IMG/VR virus record: IMGVR_UViG_3300037628_000218
Coordinates: 29,798 to 93,797 of that record
Reading direction: 5' to 3' (one strand)
Length of the DNA: 64,000 nucleotides
Origin: a virus
In this document: positions 17,868 to 28,189 of the stretch, piece after piece
Numbering within the stretch: the stretch's first letter is position 1
Layout: every line of letters begins with the position of its first letter
The notes under the pieces: generated by a model
The model's database searches: none
Told to the model about the DNA's origin: nothing
The model's input: only the letters and a program-made list of their open reading frames with translations
Position numbers and translations under genes: made by a program

Positions 17868-18821
17868 TTAATCCCCTACTACGCCAATGCAGACTGTATC
17901 ATGGTCAGCAACACCAGCTGCCCATGTGTTTGCACTACAAATAATTCTAACACTGTTTGTAGTATTTGATACTGTGCCGTTCAGTGCTACCAACCCTTGT
18001 TGACTAAAAACAGATACAGCCGCTTGCCTAGATGATCCAAGTAGGACAGTACTATTTGTAGGTACAGCACTCCCGAAGTTTGCTGAGTACTCTCCTGTCC
18101 CATGATCGGTAACAGACGACACATTGTGGGCACTACGAACTGATACAGTCCCTGTGCCTACAAAATTTACACGAGCGTCAAATATCTGACCGCTTGATAG
18201 GTTTCCATTATGCCAAAATTCCCTCCACGGTTGCCATGCCCCATCATCATAGTGTCTAATCTGAGTTTGTAAGGTAGTTGGTGCGGGTGTTTGCCTAGTT
18301 GTGATTTGAGTACACCCATTTTGCGCGTCTGGGCCAGCAATGACCAGCACATTTCCGAAAGACGTGGGTGCTCCTGTGGCTCCCGTAGTAAAACTGAAGA
18401 ATCCAGATTCAAATTGAGCGTCTAAATCAGTAATAGAGGTGCCAGGGGTAACCCCTAACCCATACTGTTGGAAGGCTTCGTGGGCGCGTAAGGGTGTCAT
18501 ACCTTTAGTATTATCTGTCCCTGTTTCTGCTTCATTTTGGGTGGCAATTGTAAAAGCTAATTGGGGTTCCCATTGAGACGGGGAGACTTCAGGGTCTTGG
18601 TTTAGGTTATCTTGTAAGCAGAGGTATAGCACACCGTTGAAGGTTGTGTACCCATCTTTCAGAAAATTAAAAGTTGCAACCCAAGGTATGATACCCCCAT
18701 GCCCCTGTTTAGATAATTCCCCTGTTAAATTTTTATCAGTAGCTCCCTGCCTTGTGATTAGTAAATCAGTATCTTGTAATCCAACACTAGCTGGTAGTTC
18801 TGGTATTTGTCTTGTAGCCAT
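17868..18821 (-). CDS. tail fibre protein (pyocin-knob-like domain)
   Basis: IATQNEAETGTD..MTPLR, DLDAQFESGFF, WQPWREFWHNGN, NVSSVTDHGTGEY. Confidence 0.85.
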   Translation of the reverse strand: MATRQIPELPASVGLQDTDLLITRQGATDKNLTGELSKQGHGGIIPWVATFNFLKDGYTTFNGVLYLCLQDNLNQDPEVSPSQWEPQLAFTIATQNEAETGTDNTKGMTPLRAHEAFQQYGLGVTPGTSITDLDAQFESGFFSFTTGATGAPTSFGNVLVIAGPDAQNGCTQITTRQTPAPTTLQTQIRHYDDGAWQPWREFWHNGNLSSGQIFDARVNFVGTGTVSVRSAHNVSSVTDHGTGEYSANFGSAVPTNSTVLLGSSRQAAVSVFSQQGLVALNGTVSNTTNSVRIICSANTWAAGVADHDTVCIGVVGD

Positions 18822-18835
18822 ATAATATTCTCCTG

Positions 18836-19195
18836 TTAAGCTATTTTCTTAAATAAGCGTATGGTTTCACCAGCTATCGTGTCGGTTCCAAGGTCAGACC
18901 AAGTACCTTTGAATCTAACCTCAACTGTGGTTTGAGTTTCAGCGGTGCCAAGCACTTTGTAATCCCCTACAACCCCTTGATCAAAATAGGTAACCCAGTC
19001 ATTGATTAGGTCAAATTGGTAGTTTATATATTGTCTTGGTAAGTTTTCTTGGAACTCTTCACCAGAAGCTTTCCACTCTTCAGTAGGTTCTACTTTATTA
19101 TCCACTACTGTTAGTACCTCGTCACCTTCAAGGTCTACCGTCTGTTGTTCATCATTAGAAGCCCACTCAGGGTAGAGCGTTGGTTGAGTTGCCAT
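18836..19195 (-). CDS. tail-fibre attachment/baseplate protein
   Basis: PEWA...PRQYINYQF motif; position in the module. Confidence 0.65.
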   Translation of the reverse strand: MATQPTLYPEWASNDEQQTVDLEGDEVLTVVDNKVEPTEEWKASGEEFQENLPRQYINYQFDLINDWVTYFDQGVVGDYKVLGTAETQTTVEVRFKGTWSDLGTDTIAGETIRLFKKIA

Positions 19196-19978
19196 TTACA
19201 TTTCCTCCACTATTTGGTAACCTAAAATGTCCCCGTTTTCAAGGGCAAGGTTATCGTCATTCTCTAACAGTAAATCTCCAACCTCTGCATTAAAGCTTCT
19301 ATCATCTATAACTTCGCAAAGGGGGTTTATTGTTTGTATGTTTAACAGATCAGGCAAAAAAGAGTTGGTACTAAGCGGTACTACTTTGTTACTAGTAACT
19401 CCTAACACCGCAATTTCTACGCCATCATCTACTTCTAACTCGTCCAGATTCTCTAATACTAAGTCGAATGCCGCGCTAACAATGTCAGCACCTCTGAATG
19501 AGTTACCCAATCTATCAAACATTAACCTCGTGCTAACCCCAGCTGGGCTAGCATCGCCTAACGTGGCTGCTGTTTCATTTGAGACGTTCCTGTCTACAAA
19601 AGCGTGTATATTTGCAGGGTAATGCTCCCATAGGTGCGGTAGTGGGGTTAGTGTAATAGCTGATAAAATTTCTAGAATCACTTCGGGCGTTCCATCAGAT
19701 TTGTTAAGCGCGATTCTGTTTAGTATTGCTTGTCTGTACTCTTCATCTTCACGCCCTCTTCTTAACTCACCCACCAGTAAGCCTAAAATGTCAAGCTGTT
19801 CTCCGATGGCTGAGTGTATACCTCTCTCATCTAACAGTTGGAAGCTGGCATCCTCTAAGGGTTGAATATTCTCTAAGTAGGACTTAAGTAACCCTTGAAC
19901 TACTGGCTTATCTTTCCATTGGTTGATGAGGCGGTTTAAACCTTCACCTACAACGTCTTTCGTGGTCGGGAGTGCCAT
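19196..19978 (-). CDS. baseplate wedge protein (DUF2612-like)
   Basis: AIGEQLDILGLLVG..R..DEEYR, SDGT. Confidence 0.8.
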   Translation of the reverse strand: MALPTTKDVVGEGLNRLINQWKDKPVVQGLLKSYLENIQPLEDASFQLLDERGIHSAIGEQLDILGLLVGELRRGREDEEYRQAILNRIALNKSDGTPEVILEILSAITLTPLPHLWEHYPANIHAFVDRNVSNETAATLGDASPAGVSTRLMFDRLGNSFRGADIVSAAFDLVLENLDELEVDDGVEIAVLGVTSNKVVPLSTNSFLPDLLNIQTINPLCEVIDDRSFNAEVGDLLLENDDNLALENGDILGYQIVEEM

Positions 19979-21430
19979 TTACACCTCCGTTACAGTAATA
20001 TCAGTACCTGTGGTACTAGCAAATTCTTTAAAGCTAATTGGAAGCTTAGTTGTCTGCCAGCTAGCAGGTACAATTGGGTCTCCAGGGCTAGCAAGAACTT
20101 GGACTTTAACAACAAGGCTGTTAATGCCTTCTGTCCCCGCATAAATAGGGCCAAAGTACCTAGATGGTATTACATCTTCATCAAGCCCTAAACCATCTGT
20201 ATGGCTTTGTACCGTAGATGCTATACTTGCCTCACCGCCAGCGGGAAAGCTCTCCTCATCGTACTTAGTGTACTCTACCAAGATTGCTAAATGGACTGGA
20301 AGAGGTCTTGTGTAATTGATCGTTTGCTGGTTACCACTAGAGTCTTCTATATTTGTAGAGGTAGTGCCGAACGTTTCAATACCAGCAGGTTTGGAAATCC
20401 AAATTGCTAGTGCTACCTCTGCATCCGTTCCACCTTGAACAGTAACTTCAAAACTTTTTGGAGGTCTACCGTCAAGGTCTGTAACGCTTTGGTCATTCTC
20501 CATCACGTTTGCCGTGGTTACCCCAGCAACGTTACTAACATCGTCTTGTATAGCCTCTACAGTACCTTTTCCGCTAGACTGTTGGCTAACTAAGATTCTT
20601 GCTCTATACTCCTCGTCAGTCTCTCTCAGCCTACCGATGATATACGCACTTGGGTTAGTGGTGGATGCAAGGCCAGCGATGCTAGTAACTATGGTGTTTA
20701 CAGAGTTAGAGGGAGCACTTACCTCACCTTCAAACTCTGCTTCCGCTAGGCCAGATACTGTAACTTCATCAGCTAGCAAGAATGTGATAGTTACAATACT
20801 TATATCATCACCAGCCGTTGTGATAGCTAGCTGCTCTTCCCCCGTATCTACTTCGGATGACCAAGTTGCAGCGGTATCAGCATCAATAGCCGCTTTGAGT
20901 CCATTTAAAATTTCTAGGGCTGTTGCGCTGACTCCTGTTGTATATGTATACTCTGTAGTATTAACTGAGAGAGTGTATAACTCAGTATCTAAAACGGAAG
21001 CAACAGAGTATTTAGCAGAGATACAGGAACCCACGCTAATGCTAATATTGTTAGCTACGATGAATCTGTCTAAAGTGATTGGGTTCTGTACGATAGTCCC
21101 AGCAAGAACAGTTACTCCGTTGTTACCAGAAAACTGCTGGTCTGGGGTTGAAGATTTAGTTCCCGCTTGTCTGACTGTGCTTGTTAGCACACCTAGGTCA
21201 TCTAGGTTCTTACCTTCTGCTTTTAAAAGGTTGAAGTTATCGTTCACAGCTTGAATTAACGCCCATACATCTGCGATTGGGGTTGCTACAATGTTATTAA
21301 GCTGCCCTAATAACTCATCGTCTCTTGTTGAAATATCTGGATCAATGTTCTCTTGTTCTGATACAACTATATCTGCAAGAACTTCTGGGAGCCGCTTGAT
21401 CGTAAGCCCATTTTCGTCTAAACCTGCCAA
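19979..21430 (-). CDS. baseplate J-like protein
   Basis: AEGKNLDDLG, GRLRETDEEYRAR, KPAGIETFG. Confidence 0.9.
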   Translation of the reverse strand: MAGLDENGLTIKRLPEVLADIVVSEQENIDPDISTRDDELLGQLNNIVATPIADVWALIQAVNDNFNLLKAEGKNLDDLGVLTSTVRQAGTKSSTPDQQFSGNNGVTVLAGTIVQNPITLDRFIVANNISISVGSCISAKYSVASVLDTELYTLSVNTTEYTYTTGVSATALEILNGLKAAIDADTAATWSSEVDTGEEQLAITTAGDDISIVTITFLLADEVTVSGLAEAEFEGEVSAPSNSVNTIVTSIAGLASTTNPSAYIIGRLRETDEEYRARILVSQQSSGKGTVEAIQDDVSNVAGVTTANVMENDQSVTDLDGRPPKSFEVTVQGGTDAEVALAIWISKPAGIETFGTTSTNIEDSSGNQQTINYTRPLPVHLAILVEYTKYDEESFPAGGEASIASTVQSHTDGLGLDEDVIPSRYFGPIYAGTEGINSLVVKVQVLASPGDPIVPASWQTTKLPISFKEFASTTGTDITVTEV

Positions 21431-21441
21431 GGGTGTTCCTC

Positions 21442-21831
21442 CTAGATTCCTATTGGGAGATTCACAACTACAATCTCCTCACCTGTGCTTGTAATAGCAG
21501 TGAAACTTACTGTTAGTATTCTTTCTGCTCTATCAAAAGAAGATTCGTATACACTAATCTCAGTTATATTTTCTCTTGCTAGGATGTTACCTTTGATAGC
21601 TATATCGAAGTTAATCGTCTCTGACTGGCCCAGAAGCTGTACAGGGTTATTGTCATTAGCTAAATATGGAATACCTGCTAAGATATTAGCGAACCACTCC
21701 CCTAAGAAGGTAGAGAGGTCAATTTGAACTTGTTGCCTAGAACTTTCAGGGATAGAGCTTGTTAGCCTCATAGACTTGTTAGTAAGGTCTATATCACCTG
21801 TTACTAGGTTTAAAAATATATCCTTTGCCAC
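21442..21831 (-). CDS. baseplate sheath initiator (gp25-like)
   Basis: TFLGEWF...GIPY motif; position. Confidence 0.75.
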   Translation of the reverse strand: MAKDIFLNLVTGDIDLTNKSMRLTSSIPESSRQQVQIDLSTFLGEWFANILAGIPYLANDNNPVQLLGQSETINFDIAIKGNILARENITEISVYESSFDRAERILTVSFTAITSTGEEIVVVNLPIGI

Positions 21832-22496
21832 TACAGGGGTACTCCCGTATTTGAAACTGGGCCTGATGGCGCAGAAGGAGACCCAGCGTGAGGGTGGTTA
21901 TTCAAAGAGATACCAGAGGCTGTTATAAAGTCCCCGTCATCTGTGATTTGTGCACCACTATGGTGCAGCACCTGCCCTGAAGGTTTTAACGTCAAGCTTT
22001 TACCGTTAGCCTGGCTAAGTACCATATCCCCTGATGCGGCTAGTCTTATTGATTGCTCTTTAAACTTAAGCTCCACATCTGTTGTATTGGGTTTTAGATG
22101 TGACTTTTTAGTATACAAACCTGGTATCGCTACCGCATCATTCAGGTAGTGAGTCCTGAGGTCTACAGGGGTAACGGAAAAACCTTCACCCTCTAGCCAT
22201 TCATCCATACTCCTCATAGAGAACACTAGCAGAACCGTATCTCCGACACTAATAGGGAAGGTTAACGCTCCTCCTCCCGCAGAAGGAAAGACCACAGGTA
22301 CAGCTAGTATATTCGGAAGAGCTAGGATAACCCCGTCATCATAAGTTTTATTTATTAAGGGCTTCACATCTACAGTCTGTTCTGCTTCAAAAGTGCTGAC
22401 GCTAACTACACCAGCAGGGATAGATGTATAGATGCTACTATTAAGATTATGATTGAATAGTCTAACAAATATATCTTCAAAGGTGGTTGCTGCCAT
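21831..22496 (-). CDS. baseplate central spike (Gp138-like)
   Basis: VPVVFP..GG..LTFPI..GD, H.LNDAVAIPG, C-terminal HPH metal-binding tip. Confidence 0.85.
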   Translation of the reverse strand: MAATTFEDIFVRLFNHNLNSSIYTSIPAGVVSVSTFEAEQTVDVKPLINKTYDDGVILALPNILAVPVVFPSAGGGALTFPISVGDTVLLVFSMRSMDEWLEGEGFSVTPVDLRTHYLNDAVAIPGLYTKKSHLKPNTTDVELKFKEQSIRLAASGDMVLSQANGKSLTLKPSGQVLHHSGAQITDDGDFITASGISLNNHPHAGSPSAPSGPVSNTGVPL

Positions 22497-23596
22497 TATG
22501 ATACTCGCTTACATGATATTTCTGTTACCCAGTTCCCAACTTCTAAACTGAGCATATGCTTCATAGAAACTACAGAGTAACCACCAGATAAGTCAGATTC
22601 CTCTATGTCTGAGACTACTATTAGTGCTGTTGTTGTTATTCTACCATTAAGAGGTACTGTTAAAGTTATCCCTCGCTGCTTCAGGGAGTCTCCTTTCAGG
22701 TGCATGGTAGTATCATCCTCCTCCCTTATAGAACCTATAATAGATTCTCCAGTTATCTCTACAGTAGTCTGCTTGGTACGGAACTCTATAGGCTCTACAT
22801 ATAAAGATCCGTGTAGTAGGTAAGAGCGGAAATCAATGTTATCACAGGTCTTTGCTAGCTGTTCAAATAACATACCGTGTACAACATAACCAGAATCAAA
22901 AGTTGCATCTATCCTAAGATTAGCTACGCCCTTCGCTGGGTTGTACTTTGCAGTAGAGACTAAACTAGCAGAGGTTTGGAGTAAGCTTATCTCTTCTTCG
23001 ATAGAGGGTACAAAAAACTCCCCTGTAGGTACTCCATAGTTTGCTGCTTGGTCTAACAAGTCTTGAATTACCGCCCTCTTTGTAGTTCCCCTTGGGTAGG
23101 TCTTAGAGATCCGTAGGTTCTTCCTAAGGGTAAAAGAGTCCCCACAAGTAATGGTAGTAACAATGTTAGCACCTTCCCTGCGGGTTTTAGTAGTTATTAC
23201 TTGAGCTGCAAAGATAAGAGGAAGTTCTTTATCTTGTTCATACCCAGCCCGTAAGATAACTGAGTCATCTGTTTTTATCTTCTTCTGAGACTCTTTACTG
23301 AGGTTGAATATTCTTAATTTAATAGTAGCACCAGAGACGCTAGATTTAGCATTAGTTCCTAACTCTACTGTAGTTTCTATGTGAAGCTCTGTTATCTCTA
23401 TCACATTTTCTTCTGGAGGAACAGATACATAATCTCTGTACCCTTCTTGTTCACTGTTATTCTTAAGCACTCCCCCCGTTACTACATTTTCCAATGGGGA
23501 GAAGTCAAGGACGTTAGCTAGCACATCTTCAGGAGCTAACTTAGTTATACTCCCTATACGGAGAGAATACTTTCTTCCAAAAACTTCAGTAGCCAT
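22496..23596 (-). CDS. baseplate hub protein
   Basis: IFNLS, LRAGY, LNGRI; position. Confidence 0.75.
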   Translation of the reverse strand: MATEVFGRKYSLRIGSITKLAPEDVLANVLDFSPLENVVTGGVLKNNSEQEGYRDYVSVPPEENVIEITELHIETTVELGTNAKSSVSGATIKLRIFNLSKESQKKIKTDDSVILRAGYEQDKELPLIFAAQVITTKTRREGANIVTTITCGDSFTLRKNLRISKTYPRGTTKRAVIQDLLDQAANYGVPTGEFFVPSIEEEISLLQTSASLVSTAKYNPAKGVANLRIDATFDSGYVVHGMLFEQLAKTCDNIDFRSYLLHGSLYVEPIEFRTKQTTVEITGESIIGSIREEDDTTMHLKGDSLKQRGITLTVPLNGRITTTALIVVSDIEESDLSGGYSVVSMKHMLSLEVGNWVTEISCKRVS

Positions 23597-23934
23597 TATC
23601 CCTCCAAAAGAGCTAGTTCATCATTTGTGTAATACTGTAATACATAAGGTTTACCTAGTCCTAGGTTATCTCTTCCGACTGGATTACCGTCATCCTCAAA
23701 CCTCACGCAAACTATATCTCCGTGATCAAAGTCTGGCAGAATGTACCTACCAAGGAGGAATTGATTCTCCATAACCTTGACCCCAGAAATAACGGCAGCC
23801 CCCGCTAAAGAAATATCAAGTCTCCACCTACTGTCCCTTTCATTGTATGAGTAGGTGAACGTGTACTTCTTCCCACCTAGAGTTAGCGACTGGTCTGCCC
23901 AGGGTGCTGTAGGTGTATCAATTGTTAATGCCAT
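23596..23934 (-). CDS. baseplate plug-like virion protein
   Basis: YNERDSRWRLDI motif; position. Confidence 0.7.
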   Translation of the reverse strand: MALTIDTPTAPWADQSLTLGGKKYTFTYSYNERDSRWRLDISLAGAAVISGVKVMENQFLLGRYILPDFDHGDIVCVRFEDDGNPVGRDNLGLGKPYVLQYYTNDELALLEG

Positions 23935-24522
23935 TTAGGTTGCCTCAAAGAGAAGGGTACTAGCTGCTAGGTTTGCTTCACTTTTCCTTTGTAGAAGATT
24001 CCTTTCATCTTTAGGTGGCTGAGTAGACTTACCTGTAACCTCCTTATCAGAGAAAGAGTCAACAACTCTACTATCCCTCTCAACCGCTACTTGAGCAGCT
24101 TTAATGATTCTTACTTGCTTTACTGAGAAAGTAACCTTGTAAGAGGAAGATCCGTTACTTACCCTTGTTCCGTTTCTAACACTTTGAGATATTGAAAGAC
24201 TTTCAAAAACACAGTTAGTGAGTGGGTTTATCTTATCAGAAAAATGGATAGAGAAAGGCTGCCCAGACTTCTTTAGCTCCCTGATAGCATTAATATAACT
24301 TTCTGGAGACCTGTTAGTGATATTACCAGCAGACTTAGCTGTTGAAATAACCCCAGCCATAGAGACTTTAGTGTTACCGTTAATGTAATGGTCAGTGACC
24401 TCTTCCCCTGTTTCCAAGGGAAGGGTAGTGGTCTTACCAGTTTCATCTAACTGCACTGTCTGTGTTGCGTCTAGTGCTATTTGCTCATTAGAGTTCTGCG
24501 GTAGAATATAGTATATAGTCAT
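23935..24522 (-). CDS. tail tube initiator/Dit-like protein
   Basis: LDAT...PLETGEEVTDH motif downstream of the tape measure gene. Confidence 0.75.
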   Translation of the reverse strand: MTIYYILPQNSNEQIALDATQTVQLDETGKTTTLPLETGEEVTDHYINGNTKVSMAGVISTAKSAGNITNRSPESYINAIRELKKSGQPFSIHFSDKINPLTNCVFESLSISQSVRNGTRVSNGSSSYKVTFSVKQVRIIKAAQVAVERDSRVVDSFSDKEVTGKSTQPPKDERNLLQRKSEANLAASTLLFEAT

Positions 24523-24531
24523 AGGCTTCCT

Positions 24532-26826
24532 TTAAACTGTTGCGAGAGATGCGTTATTCGCACTCAACACATCTCGAACCTCTTCAGCTACCATAACTGA
24601 TACTTCTCTAGCGTCAGCACTAGGTGCCTCTAGGTTTATAGTGATCTCGTTAGTCGTGGTTACTGTGGAGGCTTCCCGTTTCCTTAAATGGGGGTTAGCC
24701 TCCAGCTCCCTAGCGAACTTCTCTCGTGCATCTGAGCTAAAGACCCTTGTAGCACCTTGAACAATGTTGCTTGAAGCTGCTTCTTCAATAAGTGAGAAGG
24801 CTGCTAAGGGGCCAGCCAACCTGCTTAGTCCTTTGGCAGCAAACTTAGCCCCTGTTATCGCTTTAGTTTTTAAGCTAGTTGGAGGAGGAGCACCCCTAGT
24901 AATCCTGGTAGCTCCTCTCTTACTCCCTGGTTTACCTGGCTTACTTGGTTTACCTCCCTTCCCATCCACTTTATCCATTAGCCCTAATAAACGTAGGACA
25001 CTTTTAATCACCCCAGAGATAATACTACCTAACATCTTAAGGGTCTTAATAGGTCTTAGAAATGCAAGGATTAATCCCCCACCCGCAAAGACACCTATTA
25101 CCTGACGTAGTAGCTTCCATACGCCTTCAAGCTTCTCCGAGCCGTTGATAAGTGCTTGTAACCACCCTAGAAAACCTTGTATATGACCTACCAAGAATAA
25201 AAGAGACCCAGCTAGAACTCTCATAGCTACGCTCAATGCTGAGATATTTTCAGAGGACTTTTCTAGGTTAAAGGCTTCCTCAAAGATTTGTACAAGACCT
25301 GCCAAGCTCTGAGAAACAATTTCTAAAATAGGAGAAAGAATATCTAGTGTGGCAGTAATGACACTGAGACCAGTACCCACAACGCTCCCAAAAATCTTAA
25401 ATATTGGGGTTAGCTGGGTTATGTTCTCAGTTAATCTATCTAAGAAACCTACTAATCCAGACTTAAGCCCAGCATCAAATGAATCAATAATCCCCAGTTG
25501 AATAGAAGAAGTAAATCTTTGGTTAGCAGCGGTTATTGTCTTTAACGATGCTTCATAAGCCCCAGATTCATCAACAAAGCTTTCCATTTGATCTAAGAAT
25601 TTAGGTAAGAACTCTGTAGTTACTACCTGTCCACTTCTTAACATTTTGTCTAGTTCAAGAGTAGTTACCCCTAGGGCTTTAGCCGCTTGAGGAACTGCAC
25701 CGAAAAGACGTTCACCTAACTGTCTACGAAGTTCTTCTGAGCTTACAACACCCTTAGAAATCATCTGCTGAAAAGCAAGCATTACTAAGCTGGAATCGGC
25801 AGCGGTGAGACCAAAGGCTCTAGAGAGTTTAGTCATTTGCCTAAACTGCTTGTTCATAACCTCTGAGGATGACCCAGAGGCTCTAGCAGCAGCACCAATC
25901 TGGCGGTAACCATCAGCTACTACTAACAAGCTGATCCCCATTTCATTGGAGATCCCTTTGATAAACTCAAAGTCTCTAGCAGCAGCTTCTACTCCACCTG
26001 AAGCAGCAAGTAAGGATGCGCTTAGCGAGTCAAACTTACTACCTGTTTGTAGGATAGCTCGACCACCCTCAATAGCAGCAAAGACAGAGAGATAGCTTGT
26101 TGCTAGATTATTCATACTAGCTGTTAAACTCTGTCCTACGGACTTCTGAGAGCGCATAGCAGAGCTTGCTGAGTTAACATTCTCTCTAAGTCTTACTATC
26201 TGGTTGTTAAGCCTCTCCAGTCCTGTACGTGAAGAGATACTGGAGATAGTGCTTTTTAGTTCTTGAGCGCGACTGTTGAGTTTTCTAAACTCTTCTGAGT
26301 TAACTCCAATTGTCCTACCCGCTTTCCTCATTACAGTGTCGATAGAGTTAGCGAGTTTTAACTGTCTTTCATCTGCTAGACCGAAGGCAGAAGGTTGCTT
26401 TTTAACCTTAGCAGCCGCCTGCTTAGCCTCTATAGCTGATTGTCTAGCTGCCTGTCTAGCTTCTATAGCTGACTGTCTAGCTATCAGGTCTTTAGCTGCC
26501 TGCTTAGTAGCTACTTCTTTTTGCTTCTTTCGCTCTAGGGTTATAAGCTTTTCAAGCTCTAAACGTCTTTTCTCTAACTGAGGGATTTTACCCCCCCGTA
26601 GCGACTGGGTGAAGCCTTGGGTTTTTAGACCTATCCCCCTAGCACGTTCGATAGCTCGTAGAAGTTGTAATCGTTTTGACTCCAAAGCATTCTGGCGTTT
26701 TAGAGAGTCTTCTATCTTCTTGTTAGCCTGTTTCAGGGGGGTTAGTATCTCCTTAGTCCCCTTACGAACTTGGGAGGTATCCATTCCGACACGTATTACC
26801 CAATCGTTAACAACATCAACTGTCAT
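24532..26826 (-). CDS. tape measure protein
   Basis: QMISKGVVSSEELRRQLGERL tape-measure domain, TM segments, 764 aa. Confidence 0.9.
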   Translation of the reverse strand: MTVDVVNDWVIRVGMDTSQVRKGTKEILTPLKQANKKIEDSLKRQNALESKRLQLLRAIERARGIGLKTQGFTQSLRGGKIPQLEKRRLELEKLITLERKKQKEVATKQAAKDLIARQSAIEARQAARQSAIEAKQAAAKVKKQPSAFGLADERQLKLANSIDTVMRKAGRTIGVNSEEFRKLNSRAQELKSTISSISSRTGLERLNNQIVRLRENVNSASSAMRSQKSVGQSLTASMNNLATSYLSVFAAIEGGRAILQTGSKFDSLSASLLAASGGVEAAARDFEFIKGISNEMGISLLVVADGYRQIGAAARASGSSSEVMNKQFRQMTKLSRAFGLTAADSSLVMLAFQQMISKGVVSSEELRRQLGERLFGAVPQAAKALGVTTLELDKMLRSGQVVTTEFLPKFLDQMESFVDESGAYEASLKTITAANQRFTSSIQLGIIDSFDAGLKSGLVGFLDRLTENITQLTPIFKIFGSVVGTGLSVITATLDILSPILEIVSQSLAGLVQIFEEAFNLEKSSENISALSVAMRVLAGSLLFLVGHIQGFLGWLQALINGSEKLEGVWKLLRQVIGVFAGGGLILAFLRPIKTLKMLGSIISGVIKSVLRLLGLMDKVDGKGGKPSKPGKPGSKRGATRITRGAPPPTSLKTKAITGAKFAAKGLSRLAGPLAAFSLIEEAASSNIVQGATRVFSSDAREKFARELEANPHLRKREASTVTTTNEITINLEAPSADAREVSVMVAEEVRDVLSANNASLATV

Positions 26827-26857
26827 TGCTACACCCTTTCCCTATTTAAACTTTAGA

Positions 26858-27157
26858 TTATGTTTTGGATTCACTGTCTTTCTGGGCTGCGATTTCCAAA
26901 TCTGTCATCATCTCCACATACTCTTTAAGCTTAAGAAACTCAGGGAGTGAATACTCATTTTTTAAGATACGTATATCTTTTATAGGGCAATGTTTGGAAG
27001 ATAACACTCCGTAAAAAACCCAATCTGCTTCGGTAAGGGAAGCCTTCTTCATAGCTTCTCTAACTAAGAGGGTGTTCCTTCCTTGCTCACTTCCATCCCC
27101 ATCGAAGGCAGGGATATACCCTTGTTCTGGAGATAGTCTACGAAAAAAGAGCCACAA
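26858..27157 (-). CDS. tail assembly chaperone, -1 frameshift extension (gpGT-like)
   Basis: overlaps the upstream chaperone in the -1 frame at slippery heptamer T TTT TTC (27148-27142). Confidence 0.7.
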   Translation of the reverse strand: MWLFFRRLSPEQGYIPAFDGDGSEQGRNTLLVREAMKKASLTEADWVFYGVLSSKHCPIKDIRILKNEYSLPEFLKLKEYVEMMTDLEIAAQKDSESKT

Positions 27158-27549
27158 TTCTCTTTAAGCACAAACTCAAGTAAGGCTATTAAGCCTCCTA
27201 AGTTTCCTTTGAACTCTTCATCTACATCTACGACTACTCCTTTCTTCTTGATGTTTTGTGTTAGCAAGGTTACAAGGTCTAGGATGCTGACCTTATCAAG
27301 CTGGGTTACTAAAAGTGAACTTACATCAGCGAATAATGTGTCCTCTTCAGGTAGTATTAACCCCTCTCTCTTTGTTCCATCGAAGTACGCACCTATTGCT
27401 GGTAAGCACACTTTAAGTAATTGTGTAGCTACAGCAAGTGATTGTGTGGCAGGTAATAGATCAATGTTGTAAACAGTTCCTTTAATAGTTGTAGAATGTA
27501 CACCCGCTTGGTCTAGAGTTGATTGTGCAATTTTTTCAATATCGTTCAT
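27064..27549 (-). CDS. tail assembly chaperone (gpG-like)
   Basis: between the tail tube and tape measure genes. Confidence 0.75.
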   Translation of the reverse strand: MNDIEKIAQSTLDQAGVHSTTIKGTVYNIDLLPATQSLAVATQLLKVCLPAIGAYFDGTKREGLILPEEDTLFADVSSLLVTQLDKVSILDLVTLLTQNIKKKGVVVDVDEEFKGNLGGLIALLEFVLKENCGSFFVDYLQNKGISLPSMGMEVSKEGTPS

Positions 27550-27572
27550 TTAGTTTCCTCCTAAATATTAGT

Positions 27573-27600
27573 AAAAGGGGATCTAACGTCCCCTTCTTTT
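27573..27600. terminator. terminator hairpin after the tail tube gene
   Basis: AAGGGGA/TCCCCTT stem flanked by A and T tracts. Confidence 0.65.
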
Positions 27601-27607
27601 CTTAGTC

Positions 27608-28108
27608 TTAGACGTTGCCTAAGATTGTTGTAATAGCGTTAAGTACCCGTGCTGTTTCATCTGAGTCAGCAGCAACCCCTTCAGGTACAGAAGCAAATTC
27701 CATACCCTCGCAGAAGAAAACCCAGTCTTTAGATTGTCCTGCTGCTGTGAGGCCCAGGATGACTTCTGGGGCTGTTTTGATGTAACTACCTGTTAGCAGA
27801 GCGATAACACTACCAGAGGGGTCTATGATGCTTAGGCTTGCAGTTATGAAGGTGTCGTTAGCCTCTTGTGCTAGTAGTACACCAGACAGTATACGATTAG
27901 AGTCTGAGTTCTGTTGAAAAGACAAGGTGCAAGATCCTGTCCTATCAGGGGAGATAGAGATAGATAGATTGCCATCAGAACCAACCTCTTCGTCCGTAAT
28001 ATCTGCGCTGCGTGAAAACGTAACGAAAGCGTCTGGAGATAACGCTCCAAGAGCAACCCCGCCCCACGAAATCGTCACATTACGGCTTGAATATACAGGG
28101 AGTGCCAT
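27608..28108 (-). CDS. tail tube protein (DUF3277-like)
   Basis: VGSDG..S...DRTG..TLS.QQNS.SN..L. Confidence 0.85.
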   Translation of the reverse strand: MALPVYSSRNVTISWGGVALGALSPDAFVTFSRSADITDEEVGSDGNLSISISPDRTGSCTLSFQQNSDSNRILSGVLLAQEANDTFITASLSIIDPSGSVIALLTGSYIKTAPEVILGLTAAGQSKDWVFFCEGMEFASVPEGVAADSDETARVLNAITTILGNV

Positions 28109-28189
28109 ATTGATTTACCTTTAAGTGTTTGAGAGTTTGTTAAGAACTCTCATATTTATAGTTTATGTTAGTAGGGCAGTTAAGCCGTT

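Noticed and set aside
20514-21254. Long plus-strand ORFs antisense to structural genes (also 36793-37479, 41917-42447) and minus-strand 58558-59154
   Set aside because: Shadow frames of well-supported genes on the opposite strand.
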